Shown here: piece by piece, positions 20,653-29,909 of the stretch
Position numbering within the stretch: position 1 is the first letter of the stretch
Layout: the number at the start of each line of letters is the position of its first letter
Assembly: GCA_963798485.1 (NCBI GenBank)
Contig: CAWCTR010000014.1
Span: forward strand, 384,001-448,000
Direction of reading: 5' to 3'
Origin: an uncultured delta proteobacterium
GTDB taxonomy: Bacteria; Desulfobacterota; Desulfomonilia; UBA1062
Length of the DNA stretch: 64,000 bases
The notes under the pieces: generated by a model
Seen by the model: the letters and a program-made list of their open reading frames with translations, nothing else
Database searches by the model: none
Told to the model about the DNA's origin: nothing
Program-made: the position numbers and the translations under genes

Positions 20653-21705
20653 TCACTTTGGTGCCCTCGATTCGAGATCCAGCAGGAACCTTTTCCGCCA
20701 TAGTCCTCCGCCATATCCTACCAGCTTACCATCCTTGCCGATAACGCGGTGGCATGGGATGATGATTGCAATCCTGTTGTCGCCGTTGGCCTGAGCAACA
20801 GCCCGGACAGCCTTGGGCTTGCCCAGCAATTCGGCCTGTTCCTGGTATGAACGGGTTTCACCGTAAGGGATAGTCTGTAGGGCCTTCCATACTTCCTGCT
20901 GGAAAGGTGTGCCCTGCATAGTCAGGGGAAGACTGAATTCCCTTCTCTTCCCGGCAAAGTACTCTTGAACCTGTTGATGAAGCGCTTCAAGCTGTCTGTT
21001 GGAGCCGGGGACCAATTCCGCACGCAGCATTCTTTTCAACCTCGATAACTGCTTCTCCAGCATCTTAGAGTCAATGAATTCCAGCAGACAGACCCCGGCA
21101 TCTGTGGCCCCTGCCAGCATGGGGCCCAATGGGGTAAGGATTCTTGTTATTGTAATGAGTTGATTATGCTTACTTGAATTAGGTGAAAACCCTGTGGTCT
21201 TTTTGAACGACTCGGTAAACCCACCCAGCGATTCAAAGCCGGATTCGAATGCCGCATCGATGACCTTCCCGCCATACTGAATCCTCCCGAACGCCTGGCC
21301 TATCCGTAATGTGCGCACATATGCCTGGAAGGTCATCCTGTGATGCTTCTGAAACCACCGCCGGGCACGGTTCGGATCGACGCCGCGTTGTTTTAGATCA
21401 TGATCTCTTAATCTGATCCCCGGGGTAGAATCGATCTCATCGAGAAGAGGCCTCAACCAGTCAGGAACCTCCCCTTTATAACCCAACGGGTTACATATCT
21501 TACAGGGCCGGTACCCGTTCATGAGGGCCTCTCGGGCCGACGGAAAGAATTCCACATTCTCCTGTCTCGGCTTCCGTGCAGTACAGGTTGCACGGCAGAA
21601 TATGCCGGTAGTCTTCACCCCGGCCACAAAGATGCCTTCAAAGGTGCTGTCTTTCTGCAGCAATGCATTATAGAGGGTCTCATCATCAGGCAAAGAATGT
21701 ATCAT
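20653..21705 (-). CDS. ada: Bifunctional Ada: Zn-binding/AraC activator plus O6-methylguanine-DNA methyltransferase
   Basis: VKTTGIFCRATC...YRPCKIC, AraC-type HTH, GTPFQQEVW, IPYGETRSY, IIIPCHRVIG. Start may be up to 21771. Confidence 0.92.
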   Translation of the reverse strand: MIHSLPDDETLYNALLQKDSTFEGIFVAGVKTTGIFCRATCTARKPRQENVEFFPSAREALMNGYRPCKICNPLGYKGEVPDWLRPLLDEIDSTPGIRLRDHDLKQRGVDPNRARRWFQKHHRMTFQAYVRTLRIGQAFGRIQYGGKVIDAAFESGFESLGGFTESFKKTTGFSPNSSKHNQLITITRILTPLGPMLAGATDAGVCLLEFIDSKMLEKQLSRLKRMLRAELVPGSNRQLEALHQQVQEYFAGKRREFSLPLTMQGTPFQQEVWKALQTIPYGETRSYQEQAELLGKPKAVRAVAQANGDNRIAIIIPCHRVIGKDGKLVGYGGGLWRKRFLLDLESRAPK

Positions 21706-21895
21706 ACCGTCTCCCATTGTTCGTGTTATCGGATTGGGCCGCTTACAAGCATCTTCCATAATTGTCTTCATAAATTAGTGTTTGAACAACAGGCAACCGG
21801 AAATTTAACAACCATTTTTCTGACATTCATACAAAAATAGAATATACTGGGGTGCGCCAAAGAAATTTGTTTCATGGGTATTATGAAAGGAAAGT

Positions 21896-22924
21896 ATGGG
21901 TTTTGAATATATTCAAGAGATACCAAGGCCTCGTGATATTCTTGCAGCCATGCCGCTTGACCGTCAACTCACCGATATAAAGAAAAAACAGGACCTGAAA
22001 ATAAAGACGGTTTTTACAAAGGAGAGCAGCAAGTTTCTGCTGATTATCGGCCCTTGTTCCGCCCATGATGAAACCGCGGTGTGTGACTACATCGGCCGCC
22101 TGGCAAGCGTCCAGGAAAAGGTGAAGGATCGGATCATCATCATTCCACGGATCTACACGAATAAGCCGCGCACCACCGGTGTCGGTTATAAGGGCATGGT
22201 GCATCAGCCAAACCCTCAGGAGAAACCGAACATGGCCGAAGGCATCAAGTCCATCCGTAAGATGCATATCAGGGCACTCCGCGAGTCGCACCTGCCTGCT
22301 GCCGACGAGATGCTCTACCCTGGAAACTACACCTACTTGGAGGACCTTTTAAGTTACGTGGCAGTCGGGGCCAGGTCGGTGGAGAACCAGGAACACCGGC
22401 TCACCTGCAGTGGCCTTGACGTCCCTGTGGGCATGAAGAATCCGACCTCCGGCGACGTTGAAGTGCTCCTGAATTCCATCCAGGCCTCACAGGCACCGCA
22501 CATTTTCATCTACAACAGGTGGGAAGTTAAGACATCGGGAAACCCCCTCACCCACGCCGTCCTGAGGGGTGCGGTAAATCACCACGGCCTGGCCGAGCCT
22601 AATTACCATTATGAAGATCTCTCCATTTTCGCCGAGACCTACCTCAAGCGCGGCCTCGTCAATCCAACGATCCTCGTGGATACGAACCACGCCAACTCCG
22701 ACAAGAGATTCGCCGAGCAGCCACGCATTGCCAGGGAGGTTATGCAGAGCAGGCAGCATTCCTTGATGCTCAAAGATATGATCCGAGGCTTGATGATTGA
22801 AAGTTTTATCGAGGAAGGATCTCAGTCACCAAAGGGGAACGTGTACGGTAAATCCATTACCGATCCATGCCTGGGATGGAAAGATTCGGAAAGACTTATC
22901 CTTGAGTTGGCAGAAATGGTTTGA
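21896..22924 (+). CDS. 3-deoxy-7-phosphoheptulonate (DAHP) synthase, class I
   Basis: IIGPCSA, KPRTTG-GYKG, VGARSVENQEHR, GMKNPTSG, VDTNHANS, YGKSITDPCLGW. Confidence 0.92.
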   Translation: MGFEYIQEIPRPRDILAAMPLDRQLTDIKKKQDLKIKTVFTKESSKFLLIIGPCSAHDETAVCDYIGRLASVQEKVKDRIIIIPRIYTNKPRTTGVGYKGMVHQPNPQEKPNMAEGIKSIRKMHIRALRESHLPAADEMLYPGNYTYLEDLLSYVAVGARSVENQEHRLTCSGLDVPVGMKNPTSGDVEVLLNSIQASQAPHIFIYNRWEVKTSGNPLTHAVLRGAVNHHGLAEPNYHYEDLSIFAETYLKRGLVNPTILVDTNHANSDKRFAEQPRIAREVMQSRQHSLMLKDMIRGLMIESFIEEGSQSPKGNVYGKSITDPCLGWKDSERLILELAEMV

Positions 22925-23024
22925 TTCTTCTTTACAGGTAAAACCTTGCAAGTAATCGAAAAAAGTCATAGGTGAATGGATAGTCTTTTACAACATCAGG
23001 CAAGGATTCAAAGGAGAGATACGA

Positions 23025-23942
23025 ATGAGTGTATTGGATGCAATAGGAAATACACCTCTCGTGGAGGTAAAAAATATCTGGGATTCCGCCAAGACAGGTG
23101 TGCGGATCATGGCCAAGCTTGAAGGCTCCAATCCGGGCGGCTCAGTCAAAGACCGGCCGGCGCTCTACATGCTCAAGGATGCCGTTGCTTCAGGGAAGCT
23201 GACACCCGGCAAGGTGATCCTCGAACCAACCTCCGGAAACACGGGCATAGGAATGGCAATGGTGGCGGCGGCCATGGGATTCAAGATCAAACTTACTATG
23301 CCCACCTGCGTAAGTACCGAACGCAGGGCCGTTCTCCAGGCCCTCGGGGCGGAACTCGAACTGACCCCCGGATGTGATAAAACCGACGGCGCCATCAACC
23401 GGGCGCATCATATACTGGATCGTGAAGGCGACCACTTCTTCATGCCCAACCAGTTTGATAACCCCCAGAACTTTCTGGCTCACTACCATACCACCGGGCC
23501 GGAAATCTATGAACAGACTCACGGCGAGGTCGATGCCTTTGTCGCCGGTATGGGCACAACCGGCACCCTTATGGGGTGCTCCATGTTCCTCAAGGAAAAG
23601 AAGCCACGGGTTACGATCATAGGTGTTGAACCTACGCTGGATCACCGCATCCAGGGCTTGAAGAACATGCAGGAGGCCATTGTGCCCAAGATATACGACC
23701 CGTCGCGGCTTGATCAGAAGATCGTCTGCTCCGATGAGGACTCGTTCGAGACGACACGAGACCTTTCCATTCAGGAAGGTTTATTTTGCGGTCTCAGTTC
23801 GGGAGCGGCCATGTGGGGTGCACTCCAGGTTGCGCGCGACCTTCCGCGCGGGTCGACCGTGGTGGTCATTTTCCCCGACCGGGGTGACCGTTACCTTTCC
23901 ACCGAGGTCTTCCGCTCTTTCTGTGCCCAGTGCCCGCCATGA
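23025..23942 (+). CDS. Cysteine synthase family PLP enzyme (CysM-like)
   Basis: IGNTPLV, KLEGSNPGGSVKDR, EPTSGNTGI, GMGTTGT, FPDRGDRYLS; ends CAQCPP. Confidence 0.9.
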   Translation: MSVLDAIGNTPLVEVKNIWDSAKTGVRIMAKLEGSNPGGSVKDRPALYMLKDAVASGKLTPGKVILEPTSGNTGIGMAMVAAAMGFKIKLTMPTCVSTERRAVLQALGAELELTPGCDKTDGAINRAHHILDREGDHFFMPNQFDNPQNFLAHYHTTGPEIYEQTHGEVDAFVAGMGTTGTLMGCSMFLKEKKPRVTIIGVEPTLDHRIQGLKNMQEAIVPKIYDPSRLDQKIVCSDEDSFETTRDLSIQEGLFCGLSSGAAMWGALQVARDLPRGSTVVVIFPDRGDRYLSTEVFRSFCAQCPP

Positions 23943-23975
23943 TCTAAGATTCTGATGTCCCCCTTTTCCCTATCA

Positions 23976-24662
23976 TCACGAAAACGCACTTAAGTAGCGA
24001 TAGACGGTCCAGTAGTGGGCAAAAGTCCCGAGCATGACAAAGACATGAAAGATCTCATGGAAGCCAAAACGTGGGATTGGGTTCGGCCTCTTCAGGGCAT
24101 AGATGATACCACCGATGGTGTAGAGCACGCCTCCTGCAAAAAGCCAGAAGAGTGCACCTGTCTGCAGGGTTCGAACCAGCGGGCCGATCCCTACAATGGC
24201 GATCCACCCCATGAGAATATACACCACGGACGTCAACCACCGGGGTGCATTTATCCAGAAGATTTTGAACACGATACCGAAAATGGCCACGGCCCAGACC
24301 GTCCCAAAGATGCTCCATCCCCAGGCACCCCGTAGCGGGATGAGACAGAAGGGCGTATAGGTTGCAGCTATAAGCACGAAGATCATCATGTGGTCGATCT
24401 TCCTGAGCTGGGCCGTTCCCTCACTCGAGAGCGGCAACCAGTGGTAGAGTGTGCTCGCCGTATAGAGAAGGATCATGCCGACACCAAAGACGCAGTATGT
24501 GGTGAGATGCCAGGGCTTAAGCGGATTGGACGCCTTGATGATGAGGGCAACAAGCCCTGCCACGGCAAGCAAGGCACCAATAAAGTGCGTGAGCCCGCTC
24601 ACCGGATCACGTAAGCCCTGAATCAACCGTGCAATGCCTTTGTCATTCTTCATGGATGCCAT
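23976..24662 (-). CDS. Hemolysin III / PAQR (TrhA) family membrane protein
   Basis: SGLTHFIG, LYTASTLYH, RKIDHMMIFVLIAATYTP, FHEIFHVFV. Confidence 0.9.
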   Translation of the reverse strand: MASMKNDKGIARLIQGLRDPVSGLTHFIGALLAVAGLVALIIKASNPLKPWHLTTYCVFGVGMILLYTASTLYHWLPLSSEGTAQLRKIDHMMIFVLIAATYTPFCLIPLRGAWGWSIFGTVWAVAIFGIVFKIFWINAPRWLTSVVYILMGWIAIVGIGPLVRTLQTGALFWLFAGGVLYTIGGIIYALKRPNPIPRFGFHEIFHVFVMLGTFAHYWTVYRYLSAFS

Positions 24663-24785
24663 CCCGCCTCATTTAATGCAAATAACTGAATAATATCATC
24701 TACCACGGATATGGGTACGGGCATGTGAAATAACTTCAAATGAAATGTAATTCTTTTGTTAAACCATTAGGTTGAAGCAATGTGA

Positions 24786-24814
24786 TTGACGATATCTGCA
24801 TACAGCTGTAGACT
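24786..24814 (+). promoter_or_regulatory. Sigma70 promoter of thi operon
   Basis: TTGACG, 17-nt spacer, TAGACT immediately before the riboswitch. Confidence 0.6.
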
Positions 24815-24817
24815 AAG

Positions 24818-24902
24818 ATCAATGTGGGGTGGTTCCATAAAGGGGCCTGAGATTATACCCGTTGAACCTGATCTGGGTAATGCCAGCGTAGGGAGTCAAT
24901 AT
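24818..24902 (+). ncRNA. TPP riboswitch (THI element)
   Basis: GGGG...CTGAGA...TACCCGTTGAACCTGATCTGGGTAATGCCAGCGTAGGGA consensus core directly upstream of thiM. Confidence 0.93.
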
Positions 24903-24964
24903 TAATAATCAGTCTCCCCAAAACCATCCCCTCATAATTTAAAAGAAATAAGGGGTGTGGATGT

Positions 24965-25756
24965 ATGGATGTGTATTCCTTTCTTGAAGCTGTCCGCGAG
25001 AAGAACCCTGTGGTTCACCATCTTACGAACTGGGTCACCATCTACGACTGCGCACAAGTGGTCAAATCATTCGGCGCCTCCCCGGTTATGGCACATGCCG
25101 CCGAAGAGGTTGCGGATATGACAGGCCTGGCATCGGCCCTGGTGCTGAACATCGGCACACTCACAACCGATTTCATCGAGAGCATGAAGATTGCAGCTCG
25201 TGCGGCAAATACCAGGAACATACCGGTGGTGCTGGATGTATGCGGTGCCGGTGCGACCCCCTTCAGGGACAGAAAATGCCTTGAACTGCTCGATGATGCG
25301 CACATCAGCATCATTAAAGGGAACAGTTCGGAAATCGCACGGATCGCGGGTCTGGACGTATGTACCAGGGGGGTTGACGCCGGGCATGTGGGGTCTGATC
25401 TAAAAGGGATTGCTGCAGAACTTGCCGCATTAAGGCAATGCACCGTGGTGATCACCGGCAAGGAGGATATCGTTGCAGATGCACAGAGCGCATATATTGT
25501 CCGCAACGGTGTCGACATGATGTCCCACGTGGTAGGCACCGGATGCATGGCTGCATCCGTCATCGGCACCTTTGTCGGTGCAACGCCTGACGACATAACA
25601 TCGGCTGCTGCCGCAGGTCTTTGCTGCTATGAAATCGCCTCGGAACTGGCAGTGAAAAGAGCCCTCGGGCCTGCCTCGTTCAAGCAATGCCTCCTCGATA
25701 CTATCTTTACTTTGACAAAAGATGACATTGTTTCCATGCAAAAGGTCGGGCAATGA
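24965..25756 (+). CDS. thiM: Hydroxyethylthiazole kinase
   Basis: PVVHHLTNWVT, GASPVMA, LNIGTL, IKGNSSEI, VVGTGCM. Confidence 0.93.
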   Translation: MDVYSFLEAVREKNPVVHHLTNWVTIYDCAQVVKSFGASPVMAHAAEEVADMTGLASALVLNIGTLTTDFIESMKIAARAANTRNIPVVLDVCGAGATPFRDRKCLELLDDAHISIIKGNSSEIARIAGLDVCTRGVDAGHVGSDLKGIAAELAALRQCTVVITGKEDIVADAQSAYIVRNGVDMMSHVVGTGCMAASVIGTFVGATPDDITSAAAAGLCCYEIASELAVKRALGPASFKQCLLDTIFTLTKDDIVSMQKVGQ

Positions 25757-26364
25757 GAGGTTATTACTTCATCACCGACCCTGGCTTGAGCGCCGCAGGT
25801 TTGAAGAGAGACGTGGAAATGGCCGTAGCCTGTAGCGTGGGAATCATACAGTACCGCAACAAAGAAGCAGCTATACGAACCCTCTATGACGAGGCCCTTC
25901 TTGTGAAGAACATCTGCATGGGAACCTCCACCCGGCTCATCATCAACGACCGTATCGATATCGCACTGGCTGTGGGTGCCGACGGTGTCCATATCGGCCA
26001 GGACGACATGCCTTATCACGTTGCCCGCAGGCTCCTGGGAAAGGATAAGATCATCGGGATGACCGTGCATACCCTTGAGGAGGCAAAGGCCGCCCAGGCC
26101 CTGGGTGCAGACTACCTGGGGGTGAGCCCCATCTTTCCTACCGCCACCAAGCTGGACGCAGGCAAACCTTATGGTGTAGAAGGATTGAGGGCGATCCGGC
26201 ATGCCTGCAGTACGCCCATTGTGGCCATCGGGGGCATAGACCTTTCGAACATTAGACTGGTCATCGAGGCAGGTGCGGATATGGCCTGCGCCATATCCGC
26301 CGTAGTGACAAAATCGGATATGACAGCAGAAATTCTTAAGTTCCAAAAGGAGTTCGGATTATGA
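25753..26364 (+). CDS. thiE: Thiamine-phosphate synthase
   Basis: IQYRNK, IINDRIDIALA, DGVHIGQDD, PIFPTATK, VAIGGI. Confidence 0.93.
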   Translation: MRGYYFITDPGLSAAGLKRDVEMAVACSVGIIQYRNKEAAIRTLYDEALLVKNICMGTSTRLIINDRIDIALAVGADGVHIGQDDMPYHVARRLLGKDKIIGMTVHTLEEAKAAQALGADYLGVSPIFPTATKLDAGKPYGVEGLRAIRHACSTPIVAIGGIDLSNIRLVIEAGADMACAISAVVTKSDMTAEILKFQKEFGL

Positions 26365-27632
26365 CACAGCTTGAATATGCAAAAAAAGGACAACTCTCTG
26401 AAGAGATAATCGCGGTAGCGGACCATGAGCCCTTGAGCGCAGAAGAGATTTGCGCGAATATCGCATCAGGCAATACCGTGATCCTCAAGAGCGCGCTCCA
26501 CGAGTGCATACCGGTGGCCATCGGCAAGGGCCTGAAGATAAAGATAAACGCCAATATCGGGACATCGGGCTTTAATGCCGACCCGGAACAGGAACTGGAA
26601 AAGCTCGCAGCATCAATAAAGTACGGCGCCGACACGGTCATGGACCTGTCCACAGGCGGTGATATTCATGCCATGCGGCGCATGATCATCAGTGCGTCAA
26701 AGGTCCCGGTGGGCACGGTGCCCGTGTATGAGGCCATCGTGCGCTGCCCGGATGTGGCCTTGCTTACCGAAGATGATTTCATGGATTCCATCCGGATGCA
26801 CATCGCCGACGGTGTTGACTTCATCACCGTACACTGCGGCGTAACCCGTAAATGCATCCCACTGCTCGAGTCCCGTATCATGGGCGTGGTATCTAGGGGC
26901 GGGAGTTTCCTCATCAAGTGGATGCTCCACCATAAAAAAGAGAACCCTCTCTATACCCGCTATGACGAGATCCTCGACATGGCGAAGGAGCATGATGTGG
27001 TTTTAAGCCTGGGTGACGGGCTTCGACCCGGCTGCCTTGCCGATGCCACGGACAAGGCCCAGATCAAAGAGCTCAAGACGCTTGGTGAACTGGCCGCCAG
27101 GGCACAGGAAAAAAATGTGCAGGCCATGATCGAAGGCCCGGGGCATGTACCCCTGCACATGATAAAAAAGAACATGGACCTGCAGAAAAAGTACTGCAAA
27201 GGCGCTCCGTTTTATGTGCTGGGCCCGCTGGTGACCGACTGCTCGCCCGGGTACGATCACCTCACCGGCGCCATCGGTGGGGCACTGGCGGCCTGTTACG
27301 GGGCTGACTTCCTTTGCTACCTCACCCCCAAAGAGCACCTTGGGCTGCCTGATCTGAACGACGTCATCGATGGGGTCATTGCATCCAAGATCGCTGCACA
27401 TGCAGCGGATATCGCACGCGGTATACCGGGCGCTCGGGACCGGGACGACGCCATGTCGAAGGCCCGGAGCAACCTTGACTGGGAGGGGATGTACGATATC
27501 TCGTTCAATCCGGAAAAGGCCCGTGCCATCAGGAAGGAGACAGGCAAGGATGGAGCTGAGGTCTGCACCATGTGCGGCGATTTCTGCTCGGCAAAGATCA
27601 ATAAGGAATGCAGGGGGCTTTACCACAAATGA
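26361..27632 (+). CDS. thiC: Phosphomethylpyrimidine synthase
   Basis: KINANIGTS, DTVMDLSTGG, VSRGGS, SLGDGLRPG, EGPGHVP, CTMCGDFC; context under TPP riboswitch. Confidence 0.93.
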   Translation: MTQLEYAKKGQLSEEIIAVADHEPLSAEEICANIASGNTVILKSALHECIPVAIGKGLKIKINANIGTSGFNADPEQELEKLAASIKYGADTVMDLSTGGDIHAMRRMIISASKVPVGTVPVYEAIVRCPDVALLTEDDFMDSIRMHIADGVDFITVHCGVTRKCIPLLESRIMGVVSRGGSFLIKWMLHHKKENPLYTRYDEILDMAKEHDVVLSLGDGLRPGCLADATDKAQIKELKTLGELAARAQEKNVQAMIEGPGHVPLHMIKKNMDLQKKYCKGAPFYVLGPLVTDCSPGYDHLTGAIGGALAACYGADFLCYLTPKEHLGLPDLNDVIDGVIASKIAAHAADIARGIPGARDRDDAMSKARSNLDWEGMYDISFNPEKARAIRKETGKDGAEVCTMCGDFCSAKINKECRGLYHK

Positions 27633-28594
27633 AGATATCCGAGATCGGTGGGGAATTCGCATTGATCAGGCGAGTCACCGGCATTTCGTATGATGACCCG
27701 GCCATTATCAAAGGGGTGGGAGATGATTGTGCAGTGCTGGAATATACCGCTGATAAATACCTCCTGGTAACTGTCGACATGATGGTGGAAAACGACCACT
27801 TCTCCCTTAACTGGCACACACCCGAGCAGGTAGGCAAAAAACTTATGGAGTCGAATGTGTCGGATATCATTGCCATGGGCGGGACACCGCGCTGGGCCTT
27901 TATATCGCTCGCATTGACACAGACTACCGATGTGGAGCTCATGGATGCATTCTATCGCGGCCTGTACGATTCGGCCAGGAAACACCATGTGGCCCTTGTG
28001 GGCGGCGATACCACCCACGGCCGTGACCTGGTGCTTAACCTGGCGCTTATCGGCGAGGTGGATAAGGGTTTTGTGCGCCTGCGTTCCCATGCCGTACCTG
28101 GCGACCTCATCTGCGTGACCGGCGATTTAGGAAGGAGCCAGGCGGGCCTGAAGCTCCTGTTAAACGGTAAAAGAGAAGGCTACCTCACTGGGTACCTGGA
28201 ACCGCAATGCAGGCTGGAATGGGAGGGCAAGGCCATTGCGCGACACGCCCATGCAATGATCGACGTAAGCGACGGGCTATCGAGCGAGGTGACGCACATC
28301 TGCGAGGAGAGCGGCACCGGTGCACGTATTGACTGGGAGAAGATCCCCCTTTCCAAGGATACCATCGATGCGGCACGGATACTATCCGGCGAACCCCATG
28401 AATACGCGCTGTACGGCGGCGAGGACTTTGAGCTGGTATTCACTATCCCCATGGGCAATATCCCTGCACTGCAAAAGGAATTTTCCGACTTCACCATTGT
28501 GGGCGAGATCCTGCCGAAAGAAAACGGGATCTCTATCATCAAGGATGGCGAGCAACAGGAAGTGAAAAAGGGATATGATCATTTTGCGGCCTAG
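27629..28594 (+). CDS. thiL: Thiamine-phosphate kinase
   Basis: GEFALI, GVGDDCAV, NVSDIIAMGG, VGGDTT, MIDVSDGL, GGEDFELVFT, GYDHF; ATGA overlap with thiC. Confidence 0.92.
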   Translation: MKISEIGGEFALIRRVTGISYDDPAIIKGVGDDCAVLEYTADKYLLVTVDMMVENDHFSLNWHTPEQVGKKLMESNVSDIIAMGGTPRWAFISLALTQTTDVELMDAFYRGLYDSARKHHVALVGGDTTHGRDLVLNLALIGEVDKGFVRLRSHAVPGDLICVTGDLGRSQAGLKLLLNGKREGYLTGYLEPQCRLEWEGKAIARHAHAMIDVSDGLSSEVTHICEESGTGARIDWEKIPLSKDTIDAARILSGEPHEYALYGGEDFELVFTIPMGNIPALQKEFSDFTIVGEILPKENGISIIKDGEQQEVKKGYDHFAA

Positions 28595-28649
28595 ATACTT
28601 GGGGCTCAAGATATGTAATCATATAACCCGCTTGTGAAGTCCTAAAGTA

Positions 28650-29062
28650 TCACTCAGTGGGCTTAACACCTTGTTCCCCAATCCATGCAAGGACCCTGTC
28701 CTGTATCAGATCCCTGATCCGGCGGAATTTCATGAGCCTCTCTTCATTGGTCCCCACAAAGGCGGGAGGGTCTTCGAAATCCCAGGGGAGCCTCTGCCCT
28801 ACCCCCGGGAACACAGCAGGGCAGTTTGCATCTGCATGGCCGCACACCGTTACAAGGTATCCGAACAGGAGCTTGCCCATATATTCACTCAATGGTTTCG
28901 ATCGCTGCGTGCTCATGTCTATACCGATTTCTTCCATCACCTTCACGGTCAGGGGGTGTATGCCCTTGGGCTCAAGACCTGCGCTGTAGGCATCAAAACA
29001 TGCGACGCGTATTTTTTTAAAAAGGCTTCTGCCATCTGGCTCCGCGCTGAGTTCCCGGTAAT
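28650..29062 (-). pseudogene. arsC: Arsenate reductase ArsC (LMW-PTP type), 5'-truncated and frameshifted
   Basis: Upstream frame reads ...IITGNSARSQMAEAFLKKYA with the catalytic Cys of CTGNSARS absent. It shifts near 29000 into FDAYSAGLEPKGIHPLTVKVMEEIGID...VTVCGHADANCP...WDFEDP...FRRIRDLI. Confidence 0.82.
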
Positions 29063-29463
29063 GATGGTTTTCAACCCATCATACAAGATGATTGTTAGTT
29101 TTTTGTGAAGAGATGATTAATGAGCGTACAATATGTCCCCACGAATAAAGGCAGGAAATGTTCCATTATCTTGATCACAAGGTCACCCAGATATTTTTCG
29201 TCGGTACTTGTAAAGCCGCTTTATTCATCTCCAAGCAGTTTTGTAAGCTTCCTGCTGCTGGTAGTGATATGGGTTCCGTTGTTTGCAAGGCTGATGTTCG
29301 ATCGGAGAATAACCTATGACCGCAACCGAATTTTGACCCTAAAAATTTCACACAAAATTCATTGAACCTTAATAGAAAATTCACCTGACTGTGGGATTTA
29401 ATAAAGACCGACGAGGGCAGAGCATATTTATGTGAAAGCCTCGTTTGATTCAGAGTGGATGTT

Positions 29464-29622
29464 ATGCAGAGTGAAAACAAAGGGTCTGAAGAAAAGTACA
29501 AAAAGCTGATCGAACACCTGAAACGCCTTCAGGAGAAGAAATTCACCGGTTACATCAAGGTAAATTTTTCCCAGGGGAGTGTCGGCAGGATTGAACAGTT
29601 CGAAGAGGTTCTGAAGCATTAA
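29464..29622 (+). CDS. 52-aa small protein not in ORF track (DUF2292/YezD-like)
   Basis: MQSENKGSEEKYKKLIEHLKRLQEKKFTGYIKVNFSQGSVGRIEQFEEVLKH; helix plus beta-hairpin pattern (F-x-G-x-I-x-V-x-F-x-x-G). Confidence 0.65.
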   Translation: MQSENKGSEEKYKKLIEHLKRLQEKKFTGYIKVNFSQGSVGRIEQFEEVLKH

Positions 29623-29909
29623 GGGCATCGATCGAGATCTGAACCGTGTCTTCTCAGATTCGGCCTCTGCATGAACACTGCACCTTTTAGGATTATGCAT
29701 GTTCTTTGCCGGGCATGGTGGCATTTTTCTCAAGTCAAAGTCCCATGGGAATTAAGTCACCAGGATTCAACTAAGATCTGAGCTGTATGGGGCAGGAGTC
29801 ATCACCTCGTATGGCGGAGCTGTATGTCCAAGCAACCGACCCATGTAAATCATTGTGATGTCCACATGGAAAATACTACTAAGAATACTTCTTTAAAGGA
29901 GCGCGGCCC

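Noticed and set aside
29120-29501. ORFs 29120-29365 (+) and 29175-29501 (-)
   Set aside because: No RBS or family signal and atypical composition; more likely promoter or leader DNA.
29700-29740. Sigma54 promoter for the exosortase/EPS locus
   Set aside because: TGGCAT is present but there is no TTGC at the -12 position.
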